NCBI GenBank assembly: GCA_964016885.1
Contig: OZ024743.1
Location: 287,990,001-288,054,000 of the forward strand
DNA from: Eledone cirrhosa
Taxonomy: Eukaryota
Length of the DNA stretch: 64,000 nucleotides
Direction of reading: 5' to 3'
Part shown: in pieces, positions 59,901 through 64,000 of the stretch
Layout: the number at the start of each line of letters is the position of its first letter
Position numbering within the stretch: position 1 is the stretch's first letter
Position numbers and translations under genes: made by a program
Notes under the pieces: model-generated
Databases searched by the model: none
What the model was told of the DNA's origin: nothing
What the model saw: the letters and a program-made list of their open reading frames with translations, nothing else

Positions 59901-61382
59901 CGGGGTAACAAATAATAGTTAAATGCAGTCCACTTAGGTATAGTCCAGTTATGGTATTCCAAGTAGTGGATGATATTAACGCTTGGCTTGGTTTGACTCA
60001 ACAAGGCGTTTTCATAGTGATGCTGCGGGTAATCTGTAATTCCTATGTTGTAAACACTTGGAGTAATAATAAATCAGGAAAGAAGGTTGACATGGTTTGC
60101 TATACAAAAAAGGTTTTTAATCTCATAGCTGACAATTGTTTCTCTGAACTGGTAGGTCTAGAGATCGCTATTCGCTTATTTTCATGTTACTCGATCGCCA
60201 ATACAAAATTATAACCAGTCAGATCTTCGGAGCATGCGAGAATGAAGAGAATACACAGGCAAGAAAAGAATATACAGGCAACTATATGAAGTAGTAATGG
60301 CATTCAATTAGAACAATAACAACAATTACAACAATGCTATTAATAAATTATTTGAGGAGACCCTGACATTACTTAGGTGGGGGGTATAGTGTATCTAAGA
60401 TTACGGCGTGTAAAACTAGCTGTCATGAGGCAAAAGTAAGAGTTTGGCATGTACAGAGTATCGAAGTGTGTATCAATTTTAAATTATAAAGCACCAAATT
60501 ATAAGCGCAAACACATCACAACATCACAACCACAAGCGCATACAAACGCGCAGCAGCAAAACCCCATTGGGCATATATCACAACCTACTTATAACAGAGT
60601 ACTAAACAGGAATGTAAAAGCTGCACAAAATAGCGCCTCAAACTGTAACTGTCACCTACCAGATAGGTGCCCATTGGCGAACAGATGTCTCGATTCGAGC
60701 CTAGTGTACATGTGCACGGTCATCTCGGGTAACTCCACCTGGAATTACATAGGATCCACCGCGGGTTCTTTTAAAAAAAGATGGTATGTGCACAGACACT
60801 CAATGAAAAACCGTGCACTTATGGGTTCCACAACCCTCGCCAAAAAAATATGGGAACTGAAGGACAGCAGCACTAACTACAGTATCAACTGGTCGAAGTT
60901 GTCGGCTGCTAAAACCTATAGTACAGGGATGTCCCACTGCGGGCTATGTGATCTTGAGCTATTGTATATCCTCAAAAATGTAAAAAGGCTACTTAACAAT
61001 AAGTTAGAAAGATCTATCTTCTGCAGACATAGAATTGCCACTAAATTCATAAGATTCAAACCTCCGTGAATCGAACCAACACAACATAGCTTTAAATTAG
61101 GATACCTACTACCCACAGAAATATATTCATTAAGTATACTATATCCTTCACAAGTCTATACCACACAAATGTCTGTAAGTACCTCATCAACCCACAAACT
61201 TATTCCTTCTCAGCTGCTGCCATCATTTGATCCTAAATCCTAGTTTTTCTCAAATCACTACTACAATGTAACTTTACCTTCCTTTTGCCATAATTACAAT
61301 TAGCACGCTTATCTCTTTGCATGTATGTATATTTTTGTACGAGTGTATATTGATGTGTATGTATGTGTCTATGTACACATGC

Positions 61383-61480
<98 letters not shown>

Positions 61481-62014
61481 ATATGCGTATGTTACTTCGT
61501 TAACCTCTGTATTAACTCAACAACTATTTAGCTTTGACAGTGTTGTCCCACTCATGTATGCTATTGAAGATGAAAAGAAAGACTGTAAACACTGGCTTAT
61601 CTTTATAATTTAAAATTGATACACACTTCGATACTCTGTACATGCCAAACTCTTACTTTTGCCTCATGACAGCTAGTTTTACACGCCGTAATCTTAGATA
61701 CACTATACCCCCCACCTAAGTAATGTCAGGGTCTCCTCAAATAATTTATTAATAGCATTGTTGTAATTGTTGTTATTGTTCTAATTGAATGCCATTACTA
61801 CTTCATATAGTAGCCTGTATATTCTTTTCTTGCCTGTGTATTCTCTTCATTCTCGCATGCTCCGAAGATCTGAATTTTGTATTGGCGATCGAGTAACGTG
61901 AAAATAAGCGAATAGCGATCTCTATACATACCAGTTCAGAGAAACAATTGTCAGCTATGAGATTAAAAACCTTTTTTGTATAGCAAACCATGTCAACCTT
62001 CTTTCCTGATTTAT
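59900..62014 (+). mobile_element. Penelope-like GIY-YIG remnant bounded by ~415-bp inverted pLTR arms
   Basis: ORF 60449-61069 CNCHLPDRCPLANRCL..LVYMCTV...YIGSTAGSFKKRWYVH...CGLCDLE. 60069-60491 is the reverse complement of 61601-62014. Confidence 0.9.
61856..61959 (+). ncRNA. Hammerhead motif (CCGAAGA core variant, long stem-II insert); mirror copy at ~60124-60236(-)
   Basis: GCT CCGAAGA TCTGAA ... TTCAGA GAAA CAATTG TC AGC. Confidence 0.65.
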
Positions 62015-63066
62015 ATATATATATATATATATATTAGAAAGTGAGGTTTTTTTACAAAATGAAAAATCACCGATGTGTCCTACACGAGTGAAAGTATAAA
62101 GAAAGTATAATTTTTACATATTCTGGTATTTAGGGTTTGGCTATGTGTATACGGGAGTTTTGCGTCCGCGTGAGTGTGCAGGTTCGTACGTATGGTGGGT
62201 GTGTGTATATGTGTACTTCTTGTTTTAGTTGACTTACGTCTCCGAACATGTGTGTATTTATATGTAGGTATGCGTGTGCGCTTGTTATATACGTATTTAT
62301 TTACTTATGTACGTTTATATAATTATTTATTTATTTGTACACAAGCATACACACACACACATTTATATGTGCGTGGTTTTGTATACCCATGGTAAGGTTT
62401 TGCGTATGCTTGTGTATGTACGTATCTGTTTGCGTGTATGTATTTATTTGTTTCTATTACTTCTGTATTGTATTTATTTACTTTGTTCTTACCTCTGTAG
62501 CGGAGATTCATTTGGTCTCATAGTTAGAATTTTCGTCTACGATTTCTGCTATACCATTTACGTGGTTTTGTCTTTGCGTGCTATTGTTTTCCACGCTCCA
62601 CATATGACTTATTATCTTCGTTTTTTCGTTCATTGCCAGAGAACGTCTCTATGCACCACCTAAGAGAACATTAGTCTACGACCTCTTTTATACCATAAAC
62701 GTGGTTTTGTCTTTGCGCGTAATTGTTTTTCACCGCTCCTATTAATGACGTATTATTCGTTTTTTCCCGTTCTTTGCCAGCGAACGTTACCACGAACCAA
62801 ATTATCGTCTTCCTGTCTTCCTCCGGTTGCAATGTTTTTTTAAATATCCAGTTCTGCGTTTACAGATTGACTTTGTTAGTTTCAGAAGATCCCGTTAAGG
62901 GTGAAAGCAGCGATTCTTTGCTTAAACTTTAATCTGTTATTTTAATAAATATGTGCTCTACGGTTCTTATATATTTGATATATATTTATCCTATCGAGCC
63001 CTCTTTGGATTTTAGTCTTCAATTTTATTATTATTACTATATATATATATATATATGTATATGTAT

Positions 63067-63158
<92 letters not shown>

Positions 63159-63161
63159 GTG

Positions 63162-63196
<35 letters not shown>

Positions 63197-63223
63197 GTAT
63201 ATGTATATATATATGTATATATG

Positions 63224-63254
<31 letters not shown>

Positions 63255-63324
63255 GTACATATATATTTGTATATATATATATGTATAATATATATATATA
63301 ATATATATATATTATATGTATATT

Positions 63325-63515
63325 TAGGGCGGTAGATTGGCAGTATCGGTAGAGGGTCGGACGCCATGCTTTCCAGCAAAGTTACGACCCTTTACGATCT
63401 GACTTCAAATCCCGCCGAGGTTGACTTTGCCTTTCATCCTTACGGGGTCGATAAAATAAAGTACCAGTAATGCACTGGGTAAATGCTGGCCTTATGCCTA
63501 AAGTAGAAACAATTA
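63325..63515 (+). mobile_element. Meta-type SINE
   Basis: Full-length consensus match. Confidence 0.88.
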
Positions 63516-63949
63516 TATGTATATACATAATTTTTTTTGAATGAAACAGTTCTAGTCCTGTAGAAGCCATTTCTATATTAAACATGATGTTTACACTCTA
63601 CTAATGTATTCAATACCTTACACACCCACACACGCACGCACGCCCGCACGCCCGCACGCCCGCCCGCCCACCCGCCCGCACGCACGCACGCACGCACACA
63701 CACACAGTTGGATTTTTATTGAACTGCTCTTCTCTGCACTAATCAGCCGCGGCCTTCCTTTCTCTATTCTCTCTAATTTTATTTATATATCTCTATATCT
63801 CCGTTCTTCTTGTTTTTATTTTCTGCATCTATCCTTTGTGATCCTGTTTCTATATTTGTACTCCTCAGGAAGGACTAAAGCGCGACACATCGAACTTTCT
63901 TTCCTCTTTTTCATATAAGCGTGAAAATAATAAGACTTTTTGTTGTGAA

Positions 63950-64000
<51 letters not shown>

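Overview
Repeat-dominated, very AT-rich eukaryotic (animal) DNA with no confidently identifiable host gene. The SINE families and microsatellite load suggest a coleoid cephalopod such as Octopus; this is an inference. Almost all ORF-track entries are artefacts of (TA)n/(CA)n/(TATG)n/(GA)n tracts. The real content is: five Penelope-like element (PLE) remnants with RT and/or GIY-YIG domains; one full-length but stop-disrupted Tx1/L1-type LINE with an 11-bp TSD inside a minisatellite; a decayed RTE LINE; about 20 tRNA-derived Meta-core-type SINE copies plus CORE-type SINEs; Helitron ends; and a MITE. The most striking signal is about a dozen type-I hammerhead-ribozyme-like motifs (CTGANGA...GAAA...NUH, usually with a short palindromic stem III). 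They sit in short (TA)n-flanked elements that repeatedly form inverted (fold-back) or terminally redundant ~550-570 bp structures, suggesting a PLE/retrozyme-like system. All coordinates were read by eye and may be off by a few bases; element boundaries are approximate.
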